From: an uncultured Candidatus Saccharibacteria bacterium
GTDB lineage: Bacteria; Patescibacteriota; Minisyncoccia; 2-02-FULL-40-12; GWA2-44-9
DNA length: 64,000 nucleotides
Assembly (NCBI GenBank): GCA_964553025.1
Contig: CAZKJF010000018.1
Location: forward strand, 1,641 to 65,640
Reading direction: 5' to 3'
Below the pieces are notes generated by a model. It had not been told where the DNA came from and did no database searches. It worked only from the letters and a program-made list of their open reading frames with translations. The position numbers and the translations under genes were made by a program. This document shows, piece after piece, positions 34,482-44,106 of this stretch (the stretch's first letter is position 1; every line of letters starts with the position of its first letter).

Positions 34482-36020
34482 ATGAAACCAATCGTTCTTG
34501 CCATTTTGGACGGGTGGGGCCATTCGACCACCCGCACCGGCAACGCGATCTTGAGCGCCCAGACGCCGACGCTCAACGAGATCGTCCATACCTATCCTTC
34601 CATGCTTTTGCAGGCGTCCGGACCGGCCGTCGGCATGACATTCGGCGAATCGGGCAACAGCGAAGTTGGCCACATGACGCTGGGCGGCGGCCGAGTGATA
34701 TTCCAGTACTTGATGCGGATCAATAAGGCCATCGAGAACGGGGATTTTTTCACCAATCCGACGCTCGTCGAGGCCGCCGCCCATGTCCAGCGCCACGGCT
34801 CGACCCTTCATATCGCCGGTTTGCTGACGTCGGGCGTCGTTCATGCTTCCTTCAATCATCTGGTTGCTCTCGTAAAATATGCCAAGACCAATAATATCTC
34901 ATATCGCCTTCATCTTTGGACTGATGGCCGCGATTCCGGCCTCAAAGAAGGCTCCGACTTGCTCAAAAAGCTTTCCGATGAGATCGGAGGGCTGGAAAAC
35001 CTAGCTACCGTCATCGGCCGCGATTTCGCCATGGACCGAAACAACAACTGGGACCGGACCGAAGCGACGTACAACTTGATCGCCAACGCCGCCGGGACCC
35101 AAGTTCCCGATATTTTCGCGGCCATGGGCGCGTACTACAAACAAAACATCACGGACGGCGCGATTCCTGCGACTGTCGTTACCCCATCGCCGCTGAACAG
35201 CGGCGATGGGGTCGTCTTCTTCAATTTCCGCGAGGACTCGATGCGCCAGATCGTCCGTGTTTTCACCGAACCCGGTTTCGATACGTTTCTTAAAAAAGTG
35301 CCTGATAGTCTGTTCATCGCCGGCATGACCCAATATCTCGAAAATCCGCAGCTTCGCGTCATCATGTCTCCGCCGAACGTCAAAAATTGCCTCTCGGAAG
35401 TGTTATCGCTGAACGGCAAAAAGCATCTCCATGTCGCCGAGACCGAAAAATACGCCCACGTAACGTTCTTTTTCAACGGGTTGCGAACTAAACCCTTTGA
35501 CGGAGAAACGGATTTCTTCATTGAATCACTGGAAAATCTGACCCAGCATCCGCAGATGCGCGCCGCGGATATCACCCAAAAAGTTGTAGCCGAAATGGAT
35601 CGGGATTTCTACGATGTCTTTATCGTCAATTATGCCAATGGCGACATGCTGGCTCATTTAGGCATCCTTGATGCGGCCATCCAGGGCGTTCAGGCCGTGG
35701 ATGCTTCCTTGGCCATCTTGAAACAAAAGGTTTTAGAAAAAGACGGGACGCTGATCATTACTGCCGACCACGGCAATGTTGAGGCCATGATCTACCAGAC
35801 CACCGGCGATCGAGAGACGCGCCACGATTCGAATCCCGTGCCGCTGTATCTCGTCGGCGCTCCGTTCGCTCGGTCGCGATCGGACGCGGAAATCGCCCAA
35901 TCTTATGCCCAAGTCAACGGCATCATCGCCGATGTGGCGCCGACGATTCTTGAATTGCTGGGAATTCAAAAGCCGGTCGAAATGACCGGCTCAAGTCTGC
36001 TCGGAATCCTCAAGTCGTAA
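34482..36020 (+). CDS. gpmI: 2,3-bisphosphoglycerate-independent phosphoglycerate mutase
   Basis: MKPIVLAILDGWGHS...GNSEVGHMTLGGGRV... and C-terminal ITADHGN match iPGM. Confidence 0.9.
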   Translation: MKPIVLAILDGWGHSTTRTGNAILSAQTPTLNEIVHTYPSMLLQASGPAVGMTFGESGNSEVGHMTLGGGRVIFQYLMRINKAIENGDFFTNPTLVEAAAHVQRHGSTLHIAGLLTSGVVHASFNHLVALVKYAKTNNISYRLHLWTDGRDSGLKEGSDLLKKLSDEIGGLENLATVIGRDFAMDRNNNWDRTEATYNLIANAAGTQVPDIFAAMGAYYKQNITDGAIPATVVTPSPLNSGDGVVFFNFREDSMRQIVRVFTEPGFDTFLKKVPDSLFIAGMTQYLENPQLRVIMSPPNVKNCLSEVLSLNGKKHLHVAETEKYAHVTFFFNGLRTKPFDGETDFFIESLENLTQHPQMRAADITQKVVAEMDRDFYDVFIVNYANGDMLAHLGILDAAIQGVQAVDASLAILKQKVLEKDGTLIITADHGNVEAMIYQTTGDRETRHDSNPVPLYLVGAPFARSRSDAEIAQSYAQVNGIIADVAPTILELLGIQKPVEMTGSSLLGILKS

Positions 36021-36419
36021 TTTTGGCCGCGGATTGAGCTGTCGCCGCTGGTTTATGATACCGCTCGGTTCGCCGCGGATGCTTCTCAGCCAGATCAGAT
36101 CGTCGTCCAGCCGTCGAACTAATTTCTCAATGGACGGGCCGGACAAACCTCGTTCCCAGCGATACTGGATCAAAATGTTCTGAATGTATTTCGTGCTCAC
36201 TTTCACCGATCCCACTTCGCAAAATGTCATACGCCGAAGATAGTATGTCAGATCGACGACTGTCTTGGGTTTCAAAACCTCGACGCATTTTCGTAAAACG
36301 TATAGTTTGCGAAATTTGGAAAGATAGTATTGGAAATCATCGGAGATTTTTTGTTCGTCCTCTTTCGTCAGAACATGGGGCCCGCGTTGTTGCATGAAGA
36401 ACTGGCCCCAGCGTATCAC
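35991..36419 (-). CDS. hypothetical protein (142 aa) co-transcribed downstream of mnmA
   Basis: 4-nt overlap with the mnmA stop. Its 3' end overlaps the convergent gpmI by 30 nt. Confidence 0.45.
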   Translation of the reverse strand: MIRWGQFFMQQRGPHVLTKEDEQKISDDFQYYLSKFRKLYVLRKCVEVLKPKTVVDLTYYLRRMTFCEVGSVKVSTKYIQNILIQYRWERGLSGPSIEKLVRRLDDDLIWLRSIRGEPSGIINQRRQLNPRPKLRLEDSEQT

Positions 36420-37456
36420 ACAATAATACCACCGCCAAGAAGTTCCCTGCCGCGATAGAACACGGCTGATTGGCCCTGGGTAACCGCTCGTTCCGGTTTG
36501 GCGAATTCAAGCGTGCCATCCTTGGCCAACCGGGCGCGCGCCGAAGGCGCGCGATACCGAACTTTGACATCGAGATTTCCGGCAGGATACGAGCCGCCAA
36601 TCCAGTTGCATTTCTTGACCCGAGTCTCGCTCAATGCAGCAGCAGCGTCTTCGCCGACGTATAAAACATTCTTTGCAACATCTTTGCCGATGACATAATA
36701 CGGCCCGCTTCCATCGGCAATGTCCAATCCGTGCCGCTGGCCGATTGTGTAGTAATACACGCCGTCATGAGCGCCGATTTTCCGGCCATCAAGGGCTAAA
36801 ATCTTGCCCGGCTTGGGTTTAATGTATCCAGTGAGAAATTCTTTCATGTCCAAGGGACCGATGAAACAGACCCCCTGGCTGTCTTTTTTGGCGTAATTTG
36901 GGAGCTTATATTTCTTGGCCAATACCCGGACTTCGGGCTTGGTATAATCGCCGATCGGAAAGATGCACCGCGCAAGCTGCCGCTGCGTCAGCGTCCACAA
37001 AAAATAACTTTGATCTTTGTTGGAATCTTTAGCTTGATAGAGTTTGATTCCGTGCGAAGTTTTTTTGAGCCGCACGTAATGGCCGGTGGCGATAAAATCC
37101 GCGCCGGCCGCAAGCGCTTTTTTGAGAAACAGCCCGAACTTAATCTCCTTATTGCACATGACGTCGGGATTCGGCGTGCGGCCGGCGCGGTATTCGCGGA
37201 TCAGGTAGTCAGTGACGGATTTTTTGTACTCGCGCGAAAAATCCCAGGTTTTGAACGGGATGCCGATCGCCGCAGCCGCGCGCAGCGCGTCCTCGCGATC
37301 TTGTTTCCAGAGACAAACGGGGTCCTCGTCGCCGCCCGGCTGCCACGGCTTCATGAACACGCCCACGACATCATAGCCCTGGCGTTTTAGAAGGGCGGCT
37401 GCAACCGCGCTGTCGACTCCCCCGCTCATCCCCACATACACGAGACCTTTTTCCAT
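36416..37456 (-). CDS. mnmA: tRNA-specific 2-thiouridylase MnmA
   Basis: PP-loop VYVGMSGGVDSAVAAALL followed by ...DVMCNKEIKFG... matches MnmA. Confidence 0.9.
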   Translation of the reverse strand: MEKGLVYVGMSGGVDSAVAAALLKRQGYDVVGVFMKPWQPGGDEDPVCLWKQDREDALRAAAAIGIPFKTWDFSREYKKSVTDYLIREYRAGRTPNPDVMCNKEIKFGLFLKKALAAGADFIATGHYVRLKKTSHGIKLYQAKDSNKDQSYFLWTLTQRQLARCIFPIGDYTKPEVRVLAKKYKLPNYAKKDSQGVCFIGPLDMKEFLTGYIKPKPGKILALDGRKIGAHDGVYYYTIGQRHGLDIADGSGPYYVIGKDVAKNVLYVGEDAAAALSETRVKKCNWIGGSYPAGNLDVKVRYRAPSARARLAKDGTLEFAKPERAVTQGQSAVFYRGRELLGGGIIV

Positions 37457-37493
37457 TCCCTATATTATACTGAAAATCATCGAAACGGCAACC

Positions 37494-38759
37494 CTAGATG
37501 CCGTGTTCCTGGAGCCAGCGAAGCTTCACGAGATATCCTTTGGTTTCAATCGCTAATCCGCCTTTTTTGGAAGTCAGAGCGTTGATCCAATCTTGGATGC
37601 CGCTAATAATTGCGGCGGCCAAAGATTTATGGGCGCGCGTCGGCGAACCGTTATACGAAGCGGCGAGATATTCTTCCAAACGAGGATCTTTCAAAACGCT
37701 TTGGCCGTTGGCGGTAATCAGCGAGGTCAGATTCGTGTCGTACAGCAAAATTGCCGCTTTCATTGAATTTAACTGATCTTTAGCGCCTTCGGTGAAATCC
37801 TTAATTAAATTTGCTTTGGGATATTGTTTAACGATTTGTTTGTATGTTTGGGGCGTAAATTGAACCCAGCCGCAGGCGCTGGAAGAATTGCACGTATTGG
37901 CAAAGGCCAGCGATTGATTGGCGCCGATAATGACGTTGATCCGGTCAACCGTGCTTTGCGGATCAATCATAAATTCGGTCAGGTCGGTCTGCTCCAAATA
38001 CGGAATATGTTCGAAAAATTCCGCGTGCGGCTGCCAGACCGCGGCAACCGTGGAGCCGCTCACTGCCGCCGACGGGACGTCGGCGGCAGTGAGCTCCGCA
38101 AACGCTTGTACTACGACCGAATGCAAATACTGCTTGCCGGCCGAAATCAAATCGGGCGTATGAATATCGGGGCTGTAGGGCGAATAAAAGTAATAATCAA
38201 TATCCAAGCTCGACGTATCCCGATCGGGATAGACGTTTGCAATGATGATTTTGTTGTCCGGTTTCTCAACGCGGTAAGCGGTATTCCAACTGTTCCAGCG
38301 AATGCCGTTCGGCCGCTCTAAAATCGATATATTCCAACCGTCCGGCGCAATCAGATCAGCGCCATGTTTGACGATCGTAATGATTGAGATTTCTCCGGTC
38401 TTGCTATCGAGCGCGGCCAGCGCAATTTCTTTTTCCGGCTCTTTGAAGGTCCGGCTGGTAACCGTGGTTTGTCCCGTCGCCGGGTCTTGGCTGATCCGAT
38501 CTTCAGCGTATGAAATATCCTGCGTCCCGACTTTTAATTTCACATCCGCCAAAAGCTGATGAGCCGCCGCGATTTTGTCTTCAATGCTCCATGAAACCGG
38601 CGCCGGCGTCGTGATCACCGTCGAAATGACGCTCAATTGCCGAGGCGGAATCTTGCCGATGAAGAAAAAAACGGCCGCGCCGAGCCCAAGCACGCCCAAC
38701 AGAAGAACGGAAAGCCGATTCCGTCCCGGCGATGATGGTAAAAAATTCAAATCGGTCAT
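37494..38759 (-). CDS. hypothetical secreted/membrane-anchored protein (421 aa)
   Basis: N-terminal TM anchor. Co-transcribed with the upstream lytic transglycosylase (4-nt overlap). Confidence 0.5.
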   Translation of the reverse strand: MTDLNFLPSSPGRNRLSVLLLGVLGLGAAVFFFIGKIPPRQLSVISTVITTPAPVSWSIEDKIAAAHQLLADVKLKVGTQDISYAEDRISQDPATGQTTVTSRTFKEPEKEIALAALDSKTGEISIITIVKHGADLIAPDGWNISILERPNGIRWNSWNTAYRVEKPDNKIIIANVYPDRDTSSLDIDYYFYSPYSPDIHTPDLISAGKQYLHSVVVQAFAELTAADVPSAAVSGSTVAAVWQPHAEFFEHIPYLEQTDLTEFMIDPQSTVDRINVIIGANQSLAFANTCNSSSACGWVQFTPQTYKQIVKQYPKANLIKDFTEGAKDQLNSMKAAILLYDTNLTSLITANGQSVLKDPRLEEYLAASYNGSPTRAHKSLAAAIISGIQDWINALTSKKGGLAIETKGYLVKLRWLQEHGI

Positions 38760-40069
38760 AAGCTTTTCTCAATCTCGGCCGCAGTGCGCTGGACGGAATT
38801 CGCGTAGGAGTTGCAAGCCGCGGTCGAGCATTTTGAGTTGCCGCTGTAATATGCTTTTGACGCCGCGATTTCAGCAGCCGCCGTTTTGCCGGTTGCACCG
38901 CCATTAGCAAGCTTGATAGCCGCAGCCGTAAAGGCATCTTCGATATTCCAAGGATTGGCAGGGTGGCCGACGACAGCTGTTACCCGATCGACGTACGCGA
39001 TCCAGGTCGAAGGAATGAACTGTGCCGGCCCCATTGCGCCGCCCCAGCCGTATTGCTTGCCGTTAATGAATTGCGGGCAGGAGACCGCCGTATTGTTCGG
39101 ATCCAATCCAAGCTGGCTGGTGATCGTCAGGAAGGGCTGGTGATCGCGCGGGTGCATGATCGCCTGCCAATGTTTAGAGGGCGGGTCTTCCGGCCGGTTG
39201 CATTTGCCGACGTTTTTACCGAGTCCGGATTCGATTTCCAATTCAGCCAGTAAAAACGCCGGCCGAATACCCGCTGAAATCGCCGCGAGATTTCCGTATT
39301 TGATCGCATCGTCCACCGACACGCCATTTTGAGTCAAATACGTAATTTCGCTCTGCAGCCGCGTAATGTCCGTTTTAGATTGGGTCACCAGCTGCTGGAA
39401 CTTCGATTCCTGGCCTTTGGTATCCTTCAAAAGCTTATCTTTTTGAGCCTTGGCCTGGTTTAAACTGTCTTTTTCAAGCTGTTCAAGATTCTGCTGCTGG
39501 CGAAGATCGTCAAGCTGATCTTCAAGTTCGTTTTCTTTGTCTTCCAAGTCCGCGTGGACGGTTTTAATGTTGTCGATCGTGGCTTTAAGGTCGTCCTGGG
39601 TCGTCTCGACGCTATTTAGATCGTTAAAAAAATCGGACAATGTATCATGTTTGAGTAGAATGGTCGTTAAATTTTCTTGATCGTTCTTATAGACCAGGAG
39701 CAAGTATTGCGCCAAGGCCTGCCGGTCTTTTTCAATGCGATTCTCGGCATCAGTAATCTGGCTTTGAGTATCGGCGATCTGGAGATTTGTTTTGCTGATA
39801 GAAATATTCAAACTCTGAATCTCAAGCGAAATCTGGCTGATCTGGGCGTTCAAGGCATTCACTTGGCCTTGCAAGGTCAGGGCTTGGGAATGAATAACGT
39901 CGATTTGCGATTGATATTGATCAATCTGTTTTTGAAGTTCTTCGATCTGCTGGTTCTTGGCCGCGATGTCATCCTGAGTGGCCGCCGAAGCGTTGAAGAC
40001 ATGAAAAACCCAGGCGCACAAAGGCAAAACTAGGGCCAACGTCCAGAGATGATGCATTCGGAACTTCAT
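38756..40069 (-). CDS. secreted coiled-coil protein with C-terminal MltB-like lytic transglycosylase domain
   Basis: Signal peptide, ~230 aa of heptad-rich Q/L/E coiled coil, then a C-terminal ...KQYGWGGAMGPAQFIPSTW... block resembling the GAMGQ.QFMPS motif of MltB-family lytic transglycosylases. Confidence 0.6.
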   Translation of the reverse strand: MKFRMHHLWTLALVLPLCAWVFHVFNASAATQDDIAAKNQQIEELQKQIDQYQSQIDVIHSQALTLQGQVNALNAQISQISLEIQSLNISISKTNLQIADTQSQITDAENRIEKDRQALAQYLLLVYKNDQENLTTILLKHDTLSDFFNDLNSVETTQDDLKATIDNIKTVHADLEDKENELEDQLDDLRQQQNLEQLEKDSLNQAKAQKDKLLKDTKGQESKFQQLVTQSKTDITRLQSEITYLTQNGVSVDDAIKYGNLAAISAGIRPAFLLAELEIESGLGKNVGKCNRPEDPPSKHWQAIMHPRDHQPFLTITSQLGLDPNNTAVSCPQFINGKQYGWGGAMGPAQFIPSTWIAYVDRVTAVVGHPANPWNIEDAFTAAAIKLANGGATGKTAAAEIAASKAYYSGNSKCSTAACNSYANSVQRTAAEIEKSL

Positions 40070-40145
40070 CGCAATAAGTATATCAAAAAAGTGGACAACC
40101 TGCTATGGATATACGCGTAAATGTTTTATACTGTTAATAACTCAC

Positions 40146-42299
40146 GTGAAAAAGTCTGCATTCCTCTCGATTCTGATATGCGGTTTCATCAGTTCGGTTT
40201 TGATATTCCGAAGCGTTCTCGCCGCCGGCAACACTCCGAATCCTCCGCCCGTCCCCATTGCGGCTGATTTGAGCAACGTCACCTTCACCAGCGACGTGAA
40301 CCAGGACGTTCGGAATTGGCCGGCAAACATCAATCTTTCGGTGAGCGTCACCCAGGACAGCGTCAATTTCAGCTACGACAAGCTGGATCAATTCGCGCCC
40401 GTGGGCAATGACAATTCGGTCGGCAACGGCTGGATCTTCTACTACAACGACGGCTGGTACGGCACCACCACCAATCAATTCCGAGCCAATCACGGCAACG
40501 ACAACAAAAGCATTTTCAATGAGATTCTCTGCGGGGGCATTGCCGGCACGCCGACCTTCGGCGGCAATTTCGTTCCCGTCCAAGGCCAGCAATACGGCTT
40601 CATGGTGTCTGGGCAAGCGCGGGCCGGCGCGGCGCCCGCCCCCGACCACGGCAAACTGCGCACTCCCCTGGTCAAGGCCGCCTGGAATTCTTCGATTACC
40701 AGCGGTGATTGCGGACCCGGCTCGGGAGGCGGCGGAACCGGAGGCACTGGCGGCGGCGCCAATGCCGGGGGTGATATCGGCGGCGGGGTGAGTTTGCCGC
40801 CCATAGAGAGCGGCGGTTCAGAAGCTTCCGACGCTACCGTTGGTTTTAACGGCCAAGTCGTATTTAATTCCCAGAACGGCACTTGGATGGTCGTTAGCGA
40901 AAACGCGGGTAAAGAAATTTACGCCCGTATTTTAGACAACAATGGCAACCCTCTCGGCGACATGATCACCGTGGCCCCCTCCGGCTATTGGCCCCGAGTC
41001 TCCTATTCGCCGGACTCGAACAAATTCTTCGTCACTTGGACCACGAGCGTCGCCAAAGACGACGAGATCATCTACGGCCAATTTATAAATCCCGATGGGT
41101 CATTCTCCGGGGCCAAAATTCAGATCGATCGGGGCACGTTTACCCTCGGCACTACTTCCAACAACCCTCCCATTCGCTACGATACCAAAAACAAAAAATT
41201 CGTGATGGTTTACGAGGATCGGGGCAGCCGAATCATCGAAGTTCGATTGGTTTCGGTCTCCATCACCGGCCAAGTCGATCCGCCAGTTGTCGTGACAACA
41301 CCGGCCGACGGTACGTTTAACGGCGCACCGGGCGTCGCGGTCAATCCGGACAAGAACGAATATTGCGTCGTCTATCAGCACGTGCTGGACGGCACCGGCG
41401 TTGAAAACACCAGCGAGGTAACGGTCAAAGCGATCAATGCGGCCACGCGCAGCGTCGGTCCCGCTTCCACGGTTACCAACAACATGTTCTTTCTCTACGG
41501 GATCGACTACAGCACCGTAGACCATCAATATTTTGCCCTCTGGTCAGACTATGCAATCAAAGAATTAATGGGCTCTTTCCTTTCGTCTTGCGCCGCGGAT
41601 CCGAACCAAGAACCCTTTGTTATTTCTGAAAATCCACACAACGGCGTTCTCGTATATAATTCTCAATCCAATACGTTTGGCATGATTACCTTGGATCGCG
41701 ATAATGCGCTTAACCATGTTTATATTATCGACGGCTCGGGAGCAGTCATTGTCAGCCAAGACCTTTTCGGCGGCGGAAAGAACGGCAACTTTACTCCCTC
41801 TATCGGCGCCAATACCATTAACGGCACCTATGCCGCCATCGCGGCTGAGGATTATGCAACCACTAAATTCATTCCTAACGTCGGCTGGCCCGACGTCACC
41901 ACCGGCCGCCGGGCCGGCGGTGCGTTTGCCGGATCAGTCACGCCGCCGTTGCGGACGGAGGGCCTGCCGACGGATCTCGGAGCCATGATTGAATGGATAT
42001 TCTCCTGGTCGCTGCGGATCGTCGGAATCGTGATCTTCCTGCGGTTCTTCTATGCCGGATTCATCTGGTTCACGGCCCGAGGCAATGCGGCTCGAACCGG
42101 CGAGGCTAAAGCCATGATGATCAATGCCTTGTATGGCGTCGTCATCCTGTTTGCCGCGTATATCATTCTGTACAGCATCAATCCCGATTTGGTCGGAAGT
42201 ACGGTGAATTTGCCGGGATTTGGGAATATACAGCCAAATCCTTCTGCTTCTCCTTCTGTTTCAACATCGCCTTCGCCGACTTTGACGCCGGCGCCGTAG
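40146..42299 (+). CDS. large secreted repeat (beta-propeller-like) protein ending in a VirB2/TrbC-pilin-like two-helix membrane module and PT tail
   Basis: Signal peptide, a Gly-rich segment GPGSGGGGTGGTGGGANAGGDIGGG, and ~50-aa repeats (..VAVNPDKNEYCVVYQ.. / ..YSPDSNKFFVTWT..). Ends with two TM helices, IVGIVIFLRFFYAGFIWF and INALYGVVILFAAYIILY, separated by a short loop. Confidence 0.55.
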   Translation: MKKSAFLSILICGFISSVLIFRSVLAAGNTPNPPPVPIAADLSNVTFTSDVNQDVRNWPANINLSVSVTQDSVNFSYDKLDQFAPVGNDNSVGNGWIFYYNDGWYGTTTNQFRANHGNDNKSIFNEILCGGIAGTPTFGGNFVPVQGQQYGFMVSGQARAGAAPAPDHGKLRTPLVKAAWNSSITSGDCGPGSGGGGTGGTGGGANAGGDIGGGVSLPPIESGGSEASDATVGFNGQVVFNSQNGTWMVVSENAGKEIYARILDNNGNPLGDMITVAPSGYWPRVSYSPDSNKFFVTWTTSVAKDDEIIYGQFINPDGSFSGAKIQIDRGTFTLGTTSNNPPIRYDTKNKKFVMVYEDRGSRIIEVRLVSVSITGQVDPPVVVTTPADGTFNGAPGVAVNPDKNEYCVVYQHVLDGTGVENTSEVTVKAINAATRSVGPASTVTNNMFFLYGIDYSTVDHQYFALWSDYAIKELMGSFLSSCAADPNQEPFVISENPHNGVLVYNSQSNTFGMITLDRDNALNHVYIIDGSGAVIVSQDLFGGGKNGNFTPSIGANTINGTYAAIAAEDYATTKFIPNVGWPDVTTGRRAGGAFAGSVTPPLRTEGLPTDLGAMIEWIFSWSLRIVGIVIFLRFFYAGFIWFTARGNAARTGEAKAMMINALYGVVILFAAYIILYSINPDLVGSTVNLPGFGNIQPNPSASPSVSTSPSPTLTPAP

Positions 42300-42316
42300 T
42301 ATTCGACAGACAGCGA

Positions 42317-43294
42317 TTACGAGTTCTCGCAGAGTTCGTGCTTAAAAGATTCGATGGCCGGCACTCGAATCGGGTCAATGCTGCGTTTGTTTGCCAGTGC
42401 AAGCGCGATCCAGTGGGCGCTAATCAAAGAGTGAATTACTTTTTCGATCGGTGTTTCCCCCTCTAGAGGAATTGAATATGATTTCACCCCGCGCGTCTCA
42501 AGAAGTTTAATCGTCTGGGCGATCCGATTCATGATGCGCGGATTTTCCTGATCTTCCAAAATAATGCAGCGGAATTGTTGGGGATTGGCGGCATCAATCA
42601 ACGCTTCAAGTTCGTTGTGATCCAATTCCGGAAACCGATTGCAAAACGCCGGCATTTTGGCGGTTTCGTTCAATATTATTTTCCAACCATATCCAAGCTC
42701 ATTGAAGCGATTCGGAGCGTAGACAAGGGGGATCGAACCCTCCAGATGGCGGACAGCGTCCGGAAGAAATGCCGGCGCCTGGCCGCTGATGCGGCCGCAA
42801 AGAATGATGCTGGTCAAATCAAGCTTTAAAATGCCCGCCAGAGCCATAATTTCGTAGCCAACTGCCAGGCGAGGCACCAAATCGTTGACCGGAAGAATTA
42901 CATGCGGCAAATCGTGTTCTTGGGCCAAGCGGATCAATTCCCCGCCGGAAGCTATAACAGCCAGCGGAAGATTATGCTGAAGCGCCATGTTGGTAGCTGA
43001 AACTGTTTCAGCCGTGTTGCCTGAATACGAATGCGCGATAACAAAAGAGTGGCGCAGATGATCAGGCGTAAAATGCGGCAAATCGTAATCGGAGTGAATA
43101 TGGAGTTCCAGATCCGGGCGATGAATATTCAAAAAATCGGGAGCCAGCCGTGAGCCGCCCATGCCGGCAATGATAACTCGATCAAAATCAGCGGGCAGTT
43201 TGTCGGCATGGATAATTTCGGGCCGGTACGAGAACTGGCGAGGCAACCCAAGAATCATGTCTTCGTATGTCATGAAGGAAGTATACAAAACCAC
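42317..43294 (-). CDS. bifunctional phosphoglucose/phosphomannose isomerase (archaeal-type SIS-domain PGI/PMI)
   Basis: The SIS fold (IIAGMGGSRLAPDF...IAHSYSGNTAETV) matches the PGI/PMI family. Confidence 0.65.
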   Translation of the reverse strand: MVLYTSFMTYEDMILGLPRQFSYRPEIIHADKLPADFDRVIIAGMGGSRLAPDFLNIHRPDLELHIHSDYDLPHFTPDHLRHSFVIAHSYSGNTAETVSATNMALQHNLPLAVIASGGELIRLAQEHDLPHVILPVNDLVPRLAVGYEIMALAGILKLDLTSIILCGRISGQAPAFLPDAVRHLEGSIPLVYAPNRFNELGYGWKIILNETAKMPAFCNRFPELDHNELEALIDAANPQQFRCIILEDQENPRIMNRIAQTIKLLETRGVKSYSIPLEGETPIEKVIHSLISAHWIALALANKRSIDPIRVPAIESFKHELCENS

Positions 43295-43343
43295 AGCGGG
43301 GGCGTAAACGCCCCCGCTGTGGTTTATTTAAACGCCTTGATTA

Positions 43344-43553
43344 TTACATCGCGTTCTTTTTCATCATGCTTTTTCCTGCAAACAAAACAAACAAAGCCGC
43401 TAAGCCAACCAAATCATAGACGACTTTGGTTGCCATGCCATCGCCAAAGATGGCGGTTACCAGGTTCCAGTCCAGCAGGCCGACGAGACCCCAGTTCAAA
43501 CCGCCGATGATCACGAGGATCCATGCGATTTTGCCGAGCATTCTCTCATGCAC
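43344..43553 (-). CDS. DUF378-family small membrane protein
   Basis: KIAWILVIIGGLNWGLVGL...LVGLAALFVLFAGK with a strong SD upstream. Confidence 0.6.
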   Translation of the reverse strand: MHERMLGKIAWILVIIGGLNWGLVGLLDWNLVTAIFGDGMATKVVYDLVGLAALFVLFAGKSMMKKNAM

Positions 43554-43630
43554 CTCCCTTCTTGCTTAGATTGTTTCCTAACCCTGATGCTTTCAGTATA
43601 CCCTATTTGCAAATCGCCTTATGCACAGGT

Positions 43631-44080
43631 CTAGCGCGCGGGGTTCGGAGACGGCAGCATCGGCCGGATTTGAATCTGCTGGGCCGTTACGGTATTGTCG
43701 CTGTTCGTGGTACCCATAACCGAGACGGAATCGCCGACTTTCAAGTCCGACGTCGAGCCGGCTGCTGTTTTAGAGATGTTCGTAGAATTCGAGAGAATAA
43801 CAACGCGGCTCGAACCGTCCGCCAATTTTATCGTCATCTGCGAGCCGGAAATATCGAGAATCTCGCCGAATGTGCCGCCGCCGAACTGAACCGTCCGGCC
43901 GCCGACCATTGCCGTGCCGTTTTGATTGGCGCCGGTCGCCTGGAAACGGAATTGCTGGTTGCCGTTGCCCAAACGCGCAAAGGGCGACTTTGACTGGGCG
44001 TACTTATACCCGCCGAAGAATGCGCCTCCGGCAATCACGACTGCGACCGCGATACCGCCGACAAGGAATTTTTTGTTCAT
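43631..44080 (-). CDS. secreted beta-rich protein (DUF5666-like), last gene of MacAB-like operon
   Basis: Signal/TM anchor plus ...GSQMTIKLADGSSRVVILSNSTNISK...LKVGDSVSVMGTTNSDNTVTAQQIQI. Confidence 0.5.
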   Translation of the reverse strand: MNKKFLVGGIAVAVVIAGGAFFGGYKYAQSKSPFARLGNGNQQFRFQATGANQNGTAMVGGRTVQFGGGTFGEILDISGSQMTIKLADGSSRVVILSNSTNISKTAAGSTSDLKVGDSVSVMGTTNSDNTVTAQQIQIRPMLPSPNPAR

Positions 44081-44106
44081 ATGTTTTGATTAATTTATTT
44101 TTAAAA

